Assembly (NCBI RefSeq): GCF_000007145.1 | Contig: NC_003902.1 | Span: 210,001-242,000 of the forward strand | Source: Xanthomonas campestris pv. campestris str. ATCC 33913 | GTDB taxonomy: Bacteria > Pseudomonadota > Gammaproteobacteria > Xanthomonadales > Xanthomonadaceae | Length of the DNA stretch: 32,000 nucleotides | Direction: 5' to 3' | Shown here: positions 23,963 to 31,471 of the stretch, piece after piece | Layout of the letters: every line of letters begins with the position of its first letter | Numbering within the stretch: position 1 is the stretch's first letter | Position numbers and translations under genes: made by a program | Notes under the pieces: generated by a model | Told to the model about the DNA's origin: nothing | What the model saw: only the letters and a program-made list of their open reading frames with translations | The model's database searches: none

Positions 23963-24949
23963 ATGAACGCCTCCGACTACCAGCCGCCGCGCTGGCTGCG
24001 TAATCCGCATGTGCAATCGGTGCTGGGCAGCAGTGCATTGCGCCGCATCCGCAGCCGCCAGTTGCTGGCCGCCGCCGGCGCGCGCACCAGCGAGCACATC
24101 CTCGATGGCGGCGACGGCGTGCGCTTGCAGGGCTGGATGAGCGTGCCGCCGGGCGATGCGCCGGTGCGTGGTACCGTGTTGCTGCTGCATGGCTGGGAAG
24201 GCAGCGCCGAATCCAACTACATGCGGCTCACCGCCGCGCGCCTGCTCGGGCTCGGCTACCAGGTGTTCCGGCTGAACTTCCGCGACCACGGCGGCACCCA
24301 CCACCTCAACGTGGACCTGTTCCATTCGGACCGGGTGGACGAAGTGGTCAACGCGGCCGCCGATCTGTGGCGGCGCTTTCCATCGCAGCAGCTGCTGGCG
24401 GCCGGCTATTCGCTGGGCGGCAATTTCGCGCTGCGGCTGGGCCTGCGCGCGCCAGCGGCGGGCCTGCCGCTGGTGCGGGTGGCGGCGGTGTGCCCGCTGC
24501 TGGATCCGGCCGCGACCATGCAGGCGCTGGAAGATGGCCCGCAGTTCTACGATTGGTATTTCCGCCGCAAATGGCGTGAATCGCTGCTACGCAAGCGCAA
24601 GCTGTTTCCCGAACAACACGGCTACGACGACGCCACCCTGGCGCTGGACATGCGCGGCCTGATGGCGTGGCTGGCGGTGCAACACACCGGGCACGGCTCG
24701 CTGGAAGCGTATTTCGACAGTTATTCCATTGCCGGCGACCGCCTGGCCGGGCTGCAGGTGCCGGCCGACATCCTGATGGCCGAAGACGACCCGGTGATTC
24801 CGTTCGCCGATTTCGCCGGTTGGCAATTGCCGGCCCACGCGCACCTGGAAATCGCGCGCTGGGGCGGGCATTGCGGCTTCCTGGAAAATGCCCGCGGCGA
24901 CGGCTTTGCCGAGCGCTGGGTGGCCGAACGCTTGAGCGGCATCGCCTAG
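23963..24949 (+). CDS. YheT-type alpha/beta-fold hydrolase
   Basis: LLLHGWEGS, nucleophile elbow GYSLGG, acid AEDDPVIP and histidine WGGHCGF. It is 328 aa. Confidence 0.85.
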   Translation: MNASDYQPPRWLRNPHVQSVLGSSALRRIRSRQLLAAAGARTSEHILDGGDGVRLQGWMSVPPGDAPVRGTVLLLHGWEGSAESNYMRLTAARLLGLGYQVFRLNFRDHGGTHHLNVDLFHSDRVDEVVNAAADLWRRFPSQQLLAAGYSLGGNFALRLGLRAPAAGLPLVRVAAVCPLLDPAATMQALEDGPQFYDWYFRRKWRESLLRKRKLFPEQHGYDDATLALDMRGLMAWLAVQHTGHGSLEAYFDSYSIAGDRLAGLQVPADILMAEDDPVIPFADFAGWQLPAHAHLEIARWGGHCGFLENARGDGFAERWVAERLSGIA

Positions 24950-25006
24950 GTCGGCAGCGCAGCGCGCATCGCTACAATAGCGGTTTGTCCTGGACACCCC
25001 GCCGCC

Positions 25007-27079
25007 ATGCAAGACGCCATTCTCCAAGCCCTGCGCCGCAATGCAGCCGATGATGCCGTGGCGCTGGCCCGCGAGTGGGTGACCAGTGCACCGGACCTGT
25101 CGGCCGCGCACCGCTGGCTGGGGCTGTCGTTGCAGCAGCAGGGGCAGCCGGTGCTGGCCCTGGCCAGCATCGAGGCCGCGCTGGAACTCACCCCGGAAGA
25201 CGCCGACCTGCACCTGTTGCGCGCCGGGCTGTTGCTGGCCGTGCGCGATGTGCCTGGTGCCGATGCCGCGCTGTCGCGCAGCACCACGCTGGACCCCAAC
25301 CAGTTCAATGCCTACGTGATGCAGGCGCATCTGGCCGTGGCGCGTGGCGACCTGGACGAGGCCGAGCGGCTCAGCCGCACCGCCGCACGCCTGGCGCCGG
25401 AGCATCCGCAGTTACTGGCGGTCGATGGCGTGGTGGAGATGCGCCGCGGCCAGAGCGATCGCGCGCTGTCGCTGCTGACCCGTGCGGCCGAGCAGCTGCC
25501 CGACGATGCACGGGTGATGTTCGCGCTGGGTTTTGCGTATCTGCAAAAAGAACACTTTGCCTTTGCCGAGCGCGCGTTCGAGCGGGTGGTCGAATTGAAT
25601 CCGCCGGGCACCGCATTGCGTGCCTTCATCGCCCAGCTGGCACAGCGCCAGGGCCGGCTGGACGATGCGCTGAGTGCAATGCAGGGCGTACTGGCCCAGC
25701 CCGGTGGCGACATCCCGGCGATGCGCCGGCTGGCCGGTGAGATGGAATTGCAGGCCGGCCGTCCGGACCAGGCGGTGGCGCACCTGCGCCTGGCGCTGGC
25801 CCATTGGCCGGCCGATCGCCGCACCCTGCACGCGCTGCTGAGTGCCTGGGAGCGGCTGGGCGCGGTGGACGATGCCCGCGACACCCTGGACGCGGCGCTG
25901 GCCACCTCCAGCAATGCGCACGACCTGTGGCTGGCCCGCCTGGCGGTGGAGCCGGTGGGTGGGCCGCAGGCGCAGGCGGTGATCGAGCGCTGGCTGCTGG
26001 GCATGCCCGAGCACCTGCCGGCGCTGGAGGCACTGATGCGCGTGCACGACATGCAAGGCCATGCCGACGAGGCAGAAATGGTGGCGCGGCAGATCGTGGC
26101 GGTGGAGCCGGGCCGCATCAGCGGCGAGCAGCGCATTGTCGAAGCCCTGCTGCAGCGCGACCCGCCGGCGGCGATCGCCTGTGTCGAATCCTTGATCGAA
26201 TCGTTGCCCGCCCCGCAGCAGACCGTGCTGCGGCCGTGGCTGGGCAATGTGCAGGACCGCGCCGGCCAGCCCGACGCCGCGCTGGCCACCTGGATGCAGT
26301 TCCACCGCGAACAGGCCCAGCACCGCCTGCCGTTGCCGCCGCAGGCCGCCAAGCCGTCGATGCAGTGGCCACCGGTGGGCAGCATTCCGGACACGGTGAG
26401 CGCGCGCCCGCTGTTTGTCTGGGGGCCGCCCGGCTCGCATGTCGAACGCTTGATCGCGGTCATGGACGCCGCCACCCCGCTGGTGCGTGGCGACCGCTAC
26501 GGCAACACGCCACCGTCCGATGCGCTGCAGAGCTACCGCACCGTCGAGCAGCTGGGCAATGGCGAACTGGCGCCGCTGGCGCTGGTGGAAGGCTGGAAGG
26601 CGCAGCTGCCGCGCCGTGGCATCGACGACGGCAACGTCATCGACTGGCTGCTGTGGTGGGACAACACCTTGCTGACCGCGCTGCGCCCGCACCTGCCCGA
26701 GGGCCGCCTGGCAATCGCGCTGCGCGACCCGCGCGACATGTTGCTGGACTGGCTCTCGGCCGGCGCGCCCGCGCCGCTGGCGCTGCAGTCGCCACAGCAG
26801 GCTACCGACTGGCTGCTGACCATGCTGGAACAGGTGGCGGTGCTGCACGAACGCGACCTGTACCCGCATCGCATCATTCGCCTGGACGGCATCGAAAGCG
26901 ACCCGCAGGGCATTTCGACCGCGCTGGAACAGGCGTTCGGCCTGACCTTCCCGCTGATCGAACCACGCGGCCCGGCCCGGCTGGCCGCCGGCCGCTGGCG
27001 CGATTACCGCGGCGTGCTGGGCGCGCAATTCGATCTGCTCACCCTGATCGCGGTGCGCTTCGGGTACCCGCAGGACTGA
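25007..27079 (+). CDS. TPR-repeat protein with C-terminal sulfotransferase-like domain
   Basis: 690 aa. The N-terminal ~450 aa are TPR-like helical repeats. The C-terminal ~225 aa carry LFVWGPPGSHVERL, aligned by eye to the PAPS 5'-phosphosulfate loop GxPRSGTT, and IALRDPRDMLLDWL (RDPRD 3'-phosphate motif). Confidence 0.7.
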   Translation: MQDAILQALRRNAADDAVALAREWVTSAPDLSAAHRWLGLSLQQQGQPVLALASIEAALELTPEDADLHLLRAGLLLAVRDVPGADAALSRSTTLDPNQFNAYVMQAHLAVARGDLDEAERLSRTAARLAPEHPQLLAVDGVVEMRRGQSDRALSLLTRAAEQLPDDARVMFALGFAYLQKEHFAFAERAFERVVELNPPGTALRAFIAQLAQRQGRLDDALSAMQGVLAQPGGDIPAMRRLAGEMELQAGRPDQAVAHLRLALAHWPADRRTLHALLSAWERLGAVDDARDTLDAALATSSNAHDLWLARLAVEPVGGPQAQAVIERWLLGMPEHLPALEALMRVHDMQGHADEAEMVARQIVAVEPGRISGEQRIVEALLQRDPPAAIACVESLIESLPAPQQTVLRPWLGNVQDRAGQPDAALATWMQFHREQAQHRLPLPPQAAKPSMQWPPVGSIPDTVSARPLFVWGPPGSHVERLIAVMDAATPLVRGDRYGNTPPSDALQSYRTVEQLGNGELAPLALVEGWKAQLPRRGIDDGNVIDWLLWWDNTLLTALRPHLPEGRLAIALRDPRDMLLDWLSAGAPAPLALQSPQQATDWLLTMLEQVAVLHERDLYPHRIIRLDGIESDPQGISTALEQAFGLTFPLIEPRGPARLAAGRWRDYRGVLGAQFDLLTLIAVRFGYPQD

Positions 27080-27110
27080 GCGCGGCGCCGGGCCGGGCCT
27101 AGACTGGCTC

Positions 27111-27152
27111 CGCTTGCCGCTTGCCGCTTGCCGCTTGCCGCTTGCCGCTTGC
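27111..27152. repeat. Heptanucleotide microsatellite (CGCTTGC)x6
   Basis: Six perfect copies, starting 32 nt after the TPR gene stop. Confidence 0.95.
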
Positions 27153-27154
27153 CT

Positions 27155-27174
27155 GCCCGCCCGCCCGCCCGCCC
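27155..27174. repeat. Tetranucleotide microsatellite (GCCC)x5
   Basis: It directly abuts the heptamer array, so the two form a compound microsatellite. Confidence 0.95.
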
Positions 27175-27263
27175 GCCGTCCTGCCGCCGCTCCGCGATGG
27201 ATGCGGCCGGTGCTTGGGAGAGTGGTGCATGACACGGCACGCCAAGCACGCACCCCCGCTTTC

Positions 27264-27330
27264 GTAGGAGCGGCCTTGGCCGCGATGGGGCGTTACCGAT
27301 AAAGCCCCGCGCGGCCAAGGCCGCTCCTAC
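27264..27330. repeat. REP palindrome, family B (GTAGGAGCGGCCTTGGCCGCGA arms)
   Basis: 67 bp: gtaggagcggccttggccgcga - loop - (c)gcggccaaggccgctcctac. Confidence 0.9.
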
Positions 27331-27543
27331 GAGTTGCGTCGCTTGCGATCTCTCGCCGTGGCGATTGGACATAGGTCCACATCACACGGCGTGGCGTCGT
27401 TGGACGTGTCGCCATTGATGCGCACTGGAAGCGAGACGCGTCGGGAGCCCGCTTCGCACAGTGCTCATGGTGAGCGCTTCGCAGCTGCTTCCGGCATGAC
27501 CTGACAGCTGCACACGACCAGTCCCGCAAGCACTACCGCTTTC

Positions 27544-27610
27544 GTAGGAGCGGCCTTGGCCGCGATGAGGCGTTACCGATAAAGCCCCTCGCGGCCAAGG
27601 CCGCTCCTAC
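27544..27610. repeat. REP palindrome, family B
   Basis: Same element, 280 bp after the first copy. Confidence 0.9.
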
Positions 27611-27822
27611 GAGTTGCGTCGCTTGCAATCTCTCACTGCGGCGATCGGTCATGCGTCCACATCAAGCGGCCTAGCATCTTCGACGTGCCGCCATTGATGC
27701 GAGTTGGAAGCGAGACGCGTCGGGAGCCGGTTTCGCACAGTGCTCATGGTGAGCGCTGTGCAGCTGCTTTCGGCATGACCTGACAGCCATACACGACCGG
27801 TCCCGCAAGCACTACCGCTTTC

Positions 27823-27889
27823 GTAGGAGCGGCCTTGGCCGCGATGCAGCGTTACCGATCAAGCCCCTCGCGGCCAAGGCCGCTCCTAC
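27823..27889. repeat. REP palindrome, family B
   Basis: Same element, 279 bp after the second copy. Confidence 0.9.
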
Positions 27890-28091
27890 GCGCGAGCTGC
27901 GTTCCGGGAAATGCATGAAGATCGTCTCGCTCGCTTCCGAAGTGCTGTGACCGGATCACACGCGCACTGAGCCAAACAGGCCCTGGCCGTCACACCCCAC
28001 CCGGCTGCGCCACAGAAGGTTCCACCGCGATGGCTTTCGCTGCCGCGCCGAGCCAGGCACCCTGGTGACCCCGATTCCACGGAGACCCTGT

Positions 28092-28703
28092 ATGCGTCTG
28101 ACCAGCCACAGCATCGACAACGGCAAGCCGATCCCCACCGAGTTTGCCGCCGGCACGCCGGAGGGCTTTGCGCCCAACCGCAACCCGCATCTGGCCTGGA
28201 GCGAGGTGCCCGAAGGCACGCGCGGCTTCGCGCTGCTGTGCCTGGACCCGGATGTGCCCTCCGTGCCGGAAACGGTGGGCCGCGACGATGTACAGATCCC
28301 GGTGGATCAGCCACGCACCGATTTCGTGCATTGGGCCATGGCCGATATCCCCGCAAGCGTGCGTGAGATTGCGGCCGGCAGCTGCAGCGATGGCTTTGTG
28401 GCCAAGGGCAAGCAGCAGCCGGCGGGCCCGGCCGGCGCGCGCCAGGGCCTGAACTCCTACACCCAGTGGTTTGCCGGCAATCCCGACATGGCCGGCAACT
28501 ACCTGGGCTACGACGGCCCGTATCCGCCGTTCAACGATCTGCGCATGCACCGCTATTTCTTCCGTGTGTTCGCGCTGGACGTGGCGCAACTCGAACTGCC
28601 GACGCTGTTCACCGCCGCCGATGTACTGTCAGCGATGCAGGGCCACGTACTGGCCGAGGCGGCGTTGCACGGCACCTACACGCTGAATCCTGCGCTGCGC
28701 TAA
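28092..28703 (+). CDS. YbhB/YbcL family PEBP (Raf kinase inhibitor-like) protein
   Basis: LLCLDPDVP, FVHWAMADIP, GYDGPYPP and HRYFFRVFALD. GGAG lies 7 nt before ATG 28092. Track ORF 28065..28703 has the same stop. Confidence 0.85.
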   Translation: MRLTSHSIDNGKPIPTEFAAGTPEGFAPNRNPHLAWSEVPEGTRGFALLCLDPDVPSVPETVGRDDVQIPVDQPRTDFVHWAMADIPASVREIAAGSCSDGFVAKGKQQPAGPAGARQGLNSYTQWFAGNPDMAGNYLGYDGPYPPFNDLRMHRYFFRVFALDVAQLELPTLFTAADVLSAMQGHVLAEAALHGTYTLNPALR

Positions 28704-28818
28704 GCCCGGAGGCAGCGCTCTGAATCACGTGCAGCAACTTCTGCTCGGCGGCCGCAAGCGGTGGTCAGCATCGCTCCTGCGCCGAGACGCGCGTCACTCG
28801 GGCGGCCCGTCGCCTTAC

Positions 28819-29135
28819 GTAGGAGCGCGCTTGCGCGCGAGGGCATTCCCAGCAATGGTGCCGCGCTGCAATCGCGCTGCAACAGCCATCGTGCTGGTTG
28901 GCTCCAGCAGCATCGGCGGGCAGTAGCCGATGCTGCTGCAAATGGCCATTACGTCAGCGGTGCGTGGCCCTGGATGACGTAGCAATTCGCTTGGCGGATC
29001 CCTGAGCCACGGCGCGTGATTGTGGCAAAGCATCCTGGAAAAGCCTGCCACGCGAAGCACCGCGCAGCTCACCACCCATATCGCAATCTTAGTCAGCAAT
29101 ATCGCGAATGCCCTCTCGCGCAAGCGCGCTCCCAC
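28819..29135. mobile_element. 317-bp MITE-like element bounded by family-A REP arms as ~30-bp terminal inverted repeats
   Basis: The left end is gtaggagcgcgcttgcgcgcgagggcattc and the right end is gaatgccctctcgcgcaagcgcgctcccac, with about 257 bp between them. An internal 13-bp-stem hairpin lies at 28905-28938 (cagcagcatcggc/gccgatgctgctg). There is no ORF I would accept. Confidence 0.5.
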
Positions 29136-29270
29136 CGAATCCTGCGCTGCGCTGAGCCTCGGAACAGCACTCTCAACTACGTGCAGCAACTTCTGCTTGA
29201 CCGCCGGAAGCGGCGGTCAGCGTCGCTCCGGCGCCGAGACGCAAGTCGCTTGGACGACTCTAGCTCTCTC

Positions 29271-29587
29271 GTAGGAGCGCGCTTGCGCGCGAGGGCATTC
29301 CCAGCAATGGTGCCGCGCTGCAATCGCGCTGCAACAGCCATCGTGCTGGTTGGCTCCAGCAGCATCGGCGGGCCAGTAGCCGATGCTGCGAATGGCCGTT
29401 AATTCAGCGGTCCGTGGCCCTGAATGATGTAGCAATTCGCTTGGTGGATCCCTCAGCCGCAGCGCGTGATCTCGGCAGCGCATCCATGGGAACGCCTACA
29501 CGCGAATCTGCCGCGCAGCTCACCGACCACATCGCGCGCATAGGCAGCAACCCCGGGAACGCCCCTCGCGCGCAAGCGCGCTCCTAC
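29271..29587. mobile_element. Second copy of the 317-bp REP-armed element
   Basis: The left end is identical to copy 1 for 102 nt. The right end is ggaacgcccctcgcgcgcaagcgcgctcctac. It ends 16 nt before the stop of the minus-strand META lipoprotein gene. Confidence 0.5.
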
Positions 29588-29603
29588 GTCTTAGCCACAC
29601 GGC

Positions 29604-30428
29604 TTAGCCGCGCGCTTCCAGCAGCTGCTCCAGCACGTAAACCGGCGCTTCGCGTTCGTCGCCGCTGGCCGGATAGCGCGTCACGCGCAGCAAGGTGCGA
29701 ATGCCGGGTTCGTGGGTGAAGCCCTCGATTGGCTGATCGAGCGGTTGCCAGCCATCGGCGCTGTCCTGCAGCACCGCCTGCGTCGCCTGCAAGTGCTCGC
29801 GCACCTGCAGGCACTGGCGGGTGGGCGCCGTGGTGCAGGGCGCGGTGTCGCCGGCTACCTCCAGCCACATGGTTTGCCCGGGCCCACCGAAGCGGGTGTC
29901 GGCGGTGGGCTGGCCGGCGAACTCCAGGCGTGTGCCGTCGGTGCGGGTCAGGCGCAGGGTCGGCAGGGGGGCTGCGCTGTCCAACGCAACCGCAAAGCGT
30001 CCCGAGAGCAAGTCGCTTGCGGCGCGTTCCTGTGCCATCCGCCGCGATTGCGCGCACAGCCGTTTGCTCGACACCACCCGGCCGATCTGCAGGTGCGCGG
30101 CTTCCACGGTGTACGCCGCGCCGAGCGCATTGCAGGTCTGGCTGACCTGCAGGCGTTGCGCGGTGAAGTCCAGCTGCAGCGGTGGCATGCCATCGACAAA
30201 CAGGCTGCGCAGGGCAGTGCCGTGCGCATCGTGGGCGCGTTGCAGCTGCCAGTGATGGATCTGTAGGGCGGCGCGCAGCGGTGCGTCCTGGGAAGAGCGT
30301 TCGGGCATCGCGGTTGCGGCAGGAGTCGCTGGCGCTGGCCCACCCGCCGGCGCGGCAGGTGGCACATCGCGCCCGCAGGCAGTTGCACCGATGGCCAGCA
30401 GGGCTGGCGCTAGCAACACGGCACGCAT
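29604..30428 (-). CDS. Lipoprotein with META (HslJ-like) domain and C-terminal DUF4377-like domain
   Basis: Lipoprotein signal MRAVLLAPALLAIGATAC. The META-like segment is WQLQRA...LQLDFTAQRLQVSQTCNALGAAYTV. The C-terminal segment is MWLEVAGDTAPCTT...QCLQV...WQPLDQPIEGFTHEPGIRTLLRV. Confidence 0.8.
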   Translation of the reverse strand: MRAVLLAPALLAIGATACGRDVPPAAPAGGPAPATPAATAMPERSSQDAPLRAALQIHHWQLQRAHDAHGTALRSLFVDGMPPLQLDFTAQRLQVSQTCNALGAAYTVEAAHLQIGRVVSSKRLCAQSRRMAQERAASDLLSGRFAVALDSAAPLPTLRLTRTDGTRLEFAGQPTADTRFGGPGQTMWLEVAGDTAPCTTAPTRQCLQVREHLQATQAVLQDSADGWQPLDQPIEGFTHEPGIRTLLRVTRYPASGDEREAPVYVLEQLLEARG

Positions 30429-30477
30429 CGATGGCTCCCGGGCGGCGGACCCGCTCAGTGATACCGCCAGCGGGCTG

Positions 30478-30507
30478 CCGGGGCAATGACGGCCGTCACT
30501 GCCCCGG
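30478..30507 (-). terminator. 30-bp near-perfect palindrome downstream of uppP (possible terminator)
   Basis: ccggggcaatgacgg|ccgtcactgccccgg with one mismatch, 11 nt past the uppP stop. No U-tract follows. Confidence 0.4.
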
Positions 30508-30518
30508 CATCGGCCGGC

Positions 30519-31310
30519 TCAGGCGGCCGGCAACCACAGCAGCAGCGCGGCGCCGAGCAGGATGCGGTACACCGCAAATACCGTGAAGCGGTGCTTCTTG
30601 ATGTAGCCCAGCAGCCACTTCACCACTACGAAACCGGTGAGGGTGGCCGCAATGAACGCCACCGACACATCGGTCCAGTTCTCGCTGCCAAAGCCGCCTT
30701 CCTTGTACATCTCCAGCAGCGCGTAACCGCTGGCAGCAAACATGGTGGGAATGCCGACCATGAACACAAAATCCGCCGCCGCCGAGCGCTTGCTCAGGCC
30801 CAGCAGCATGGCCAGGAAAATCGCCGAGGCCGAGCGCGAGGTGCCCGGAAACACGCCGGCCACCACCTGGGCCAGGCCAACTGCGATCGCCACCTTCCAG
30901 GTGACCACGTCGCGCTCGGGCAGCTTGCCGGCAAAGTGTTCGGCCACCAGCATCCACACGCCGCCGATCAGCAGCGCCCAGGCCACCGGCTGGATGGTTT
31001 CCGGCAATTGCCAGCCGGCTTTGCGCACGATCAGGCCGACCACCGCCGTGACCAGGAAGGCCACGCCGATCTTGAGCACGTAGTCGCGATTGGCGCGCTC
31101 GCCCAGGCCGGTGGCCAGGGTCCACAGCTTTTGCCGCAGCGCCAGGCAGATCGCCAGGATCGCGCCGGCCTGGATGACGATATTGAAGAAATCCGAGCGG
31201 CGTCCGAGCCATTGTTCGGCGATCAGTAGGTGGCCGGTGCTGGAGATCGGCAGAAATTCGGTGAGGCCTTCGAGAATGCCCAGCAACAGGGCGGAAATGA
31301 GGTCGGACAT
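30519..31310 (-). CDS. uppP: Undecaprenyl-diphosphate phosphatase
   Basis: MSDLISALLLGILEGLTEFLPISSTGHLLI..., PGTSRSASAI and a polytopic profile. The start is ATG 31310. Track ORF 30519..31361 has a 17-codon 5' overextension. Confidence 0.9.
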   Translation of the reverse strand: MSDLISALLLGILEGLTEFLPISSTGHLLIAEQWLGRRSDFFNIVIQAGAILAICLALRQKLWTLATGLGERANRDYVLKIGVAFLVTAVVGLIVRKAGWQLPETIQPVAWALLIGGVWMLVAEHFAGKLPERDVVTWKVAIAVGLAQVVAGVFPGTSRSASAIFLAMLLGLSKRSAAADFVFMVGIPTMFAASGYALLEMYKEGGFGSENWTDVSVAFIAATLTGFVVVKWLLGYIKKHRFTVFAVYRILLGAALLLWLPAA

Positions 31311-31360
31311 CGGGCGGGAGAGGAGTGCGGGGGGAGGTGAAAGGATAGTGCATTGCGGCA

Positions 31361-31377
31361 TGCACCATTTTGGTGCA
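31361..31377. promoter_or_regulatory. NtrC binding site (perfect palindrome TGCACCA-TTT-TGGTGCA)
   Basis: Exact match to the enterobacterial NtrC consensus TGCACCAnnnTGGTGCA. Its centre is about 104 nt upstream of the -24 GG. Confidence 0.8.
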
Positions 31378-31391
31378 CGATGGATTCGCTT

Positions 31392-31408
31392 AGCACCAAG
31401 GTGGTGTT
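31392..31408. promoter_or_regulatory. Second, imperfect NtrC site (AGCACCA-AGG-TGGTGTT)
   Basis: 11 of 14 consensus positions match. Its centre is 31 bp (three helical turns) from the first site. Confidence 0.6.
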
Positions 31409-31471
31409 GAGCTTGGTTGGGCGATCTCGAATGAGGTCAGCAAAATCAACAACTTGTGAAGCGGCGCAGCT

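Larger units (their letters stand above)
27225..27905. repeat. Tandem array, ~280-bp unit (REP-B + ~213-bp spacer), about 2.3 copies
   Basis: The spacers 27331-27543 and 27611-27822 align end to end with many substitutions and one net 1-bp indel. Partial homology extends to about 27225 on the left and about 27905 on the right. Confidence 0.85.
28685..29588. repeat. Tandem duplication, 452-bp unit x2
   Basis: Three anchor points repeat at exactly +452: gaatcctgcgctgcgct at 28685/29137, gtgcagcaacttctgc at 28729/29181, and the gtaggagcgcgc arm at 28819/29271. Confidence 0.9.

Noticed and set aside
24973-24978. -10-like hexamers TACAAT (24973-24978, upstream of the TPR gene) and CACAAT (23060-23065, upstream of the acyltransferase), considered as sigma-70 promoters.
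   Set aside because: No acceptable -35 element lies at 16-18 bp spacing in either case. Isolated hexamer matches are too weak to report as features.
27293-27529. A 78-aa minus-strand ORF inside unit 1 of the 280-bp array.
   Set aside because: No equivalent ORF survives in unit 2 despite homologous DNA. The product is Arg/Ser/Cys-rich with no motif.
28729-29402. Paired ORFs in the two 452-bp units (28729..28926 and the matching part of 29016..29402) encoding similar peptides: VQQLLL..RKR.SASL.RRDA...VGARLRARAFPAMVPRCNRAATAIVLVGSSSIGG.
   Set aside because: The similarity follows automatically from the DNA duplication. In the 30 codons before the REP arm I count about 5 synonymous versus 12 replacement differences, so there is no purifying selection. 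Much of the peptide is a translation of the REP palindrome, and the two ORFs end differently.
27225-29588. Regularly spaced palindromic repeats with intervening sequence, considered as a possible CRISPR array.
   Set aside because: The repeats are 67 bp at a 280-bp pitch, or belong to 452-bp units. The 'spacers' are homologous to each other rather than unique. No cas genes or leader are present. The repeats are GTAG-type REPs also found at 6826-7308.
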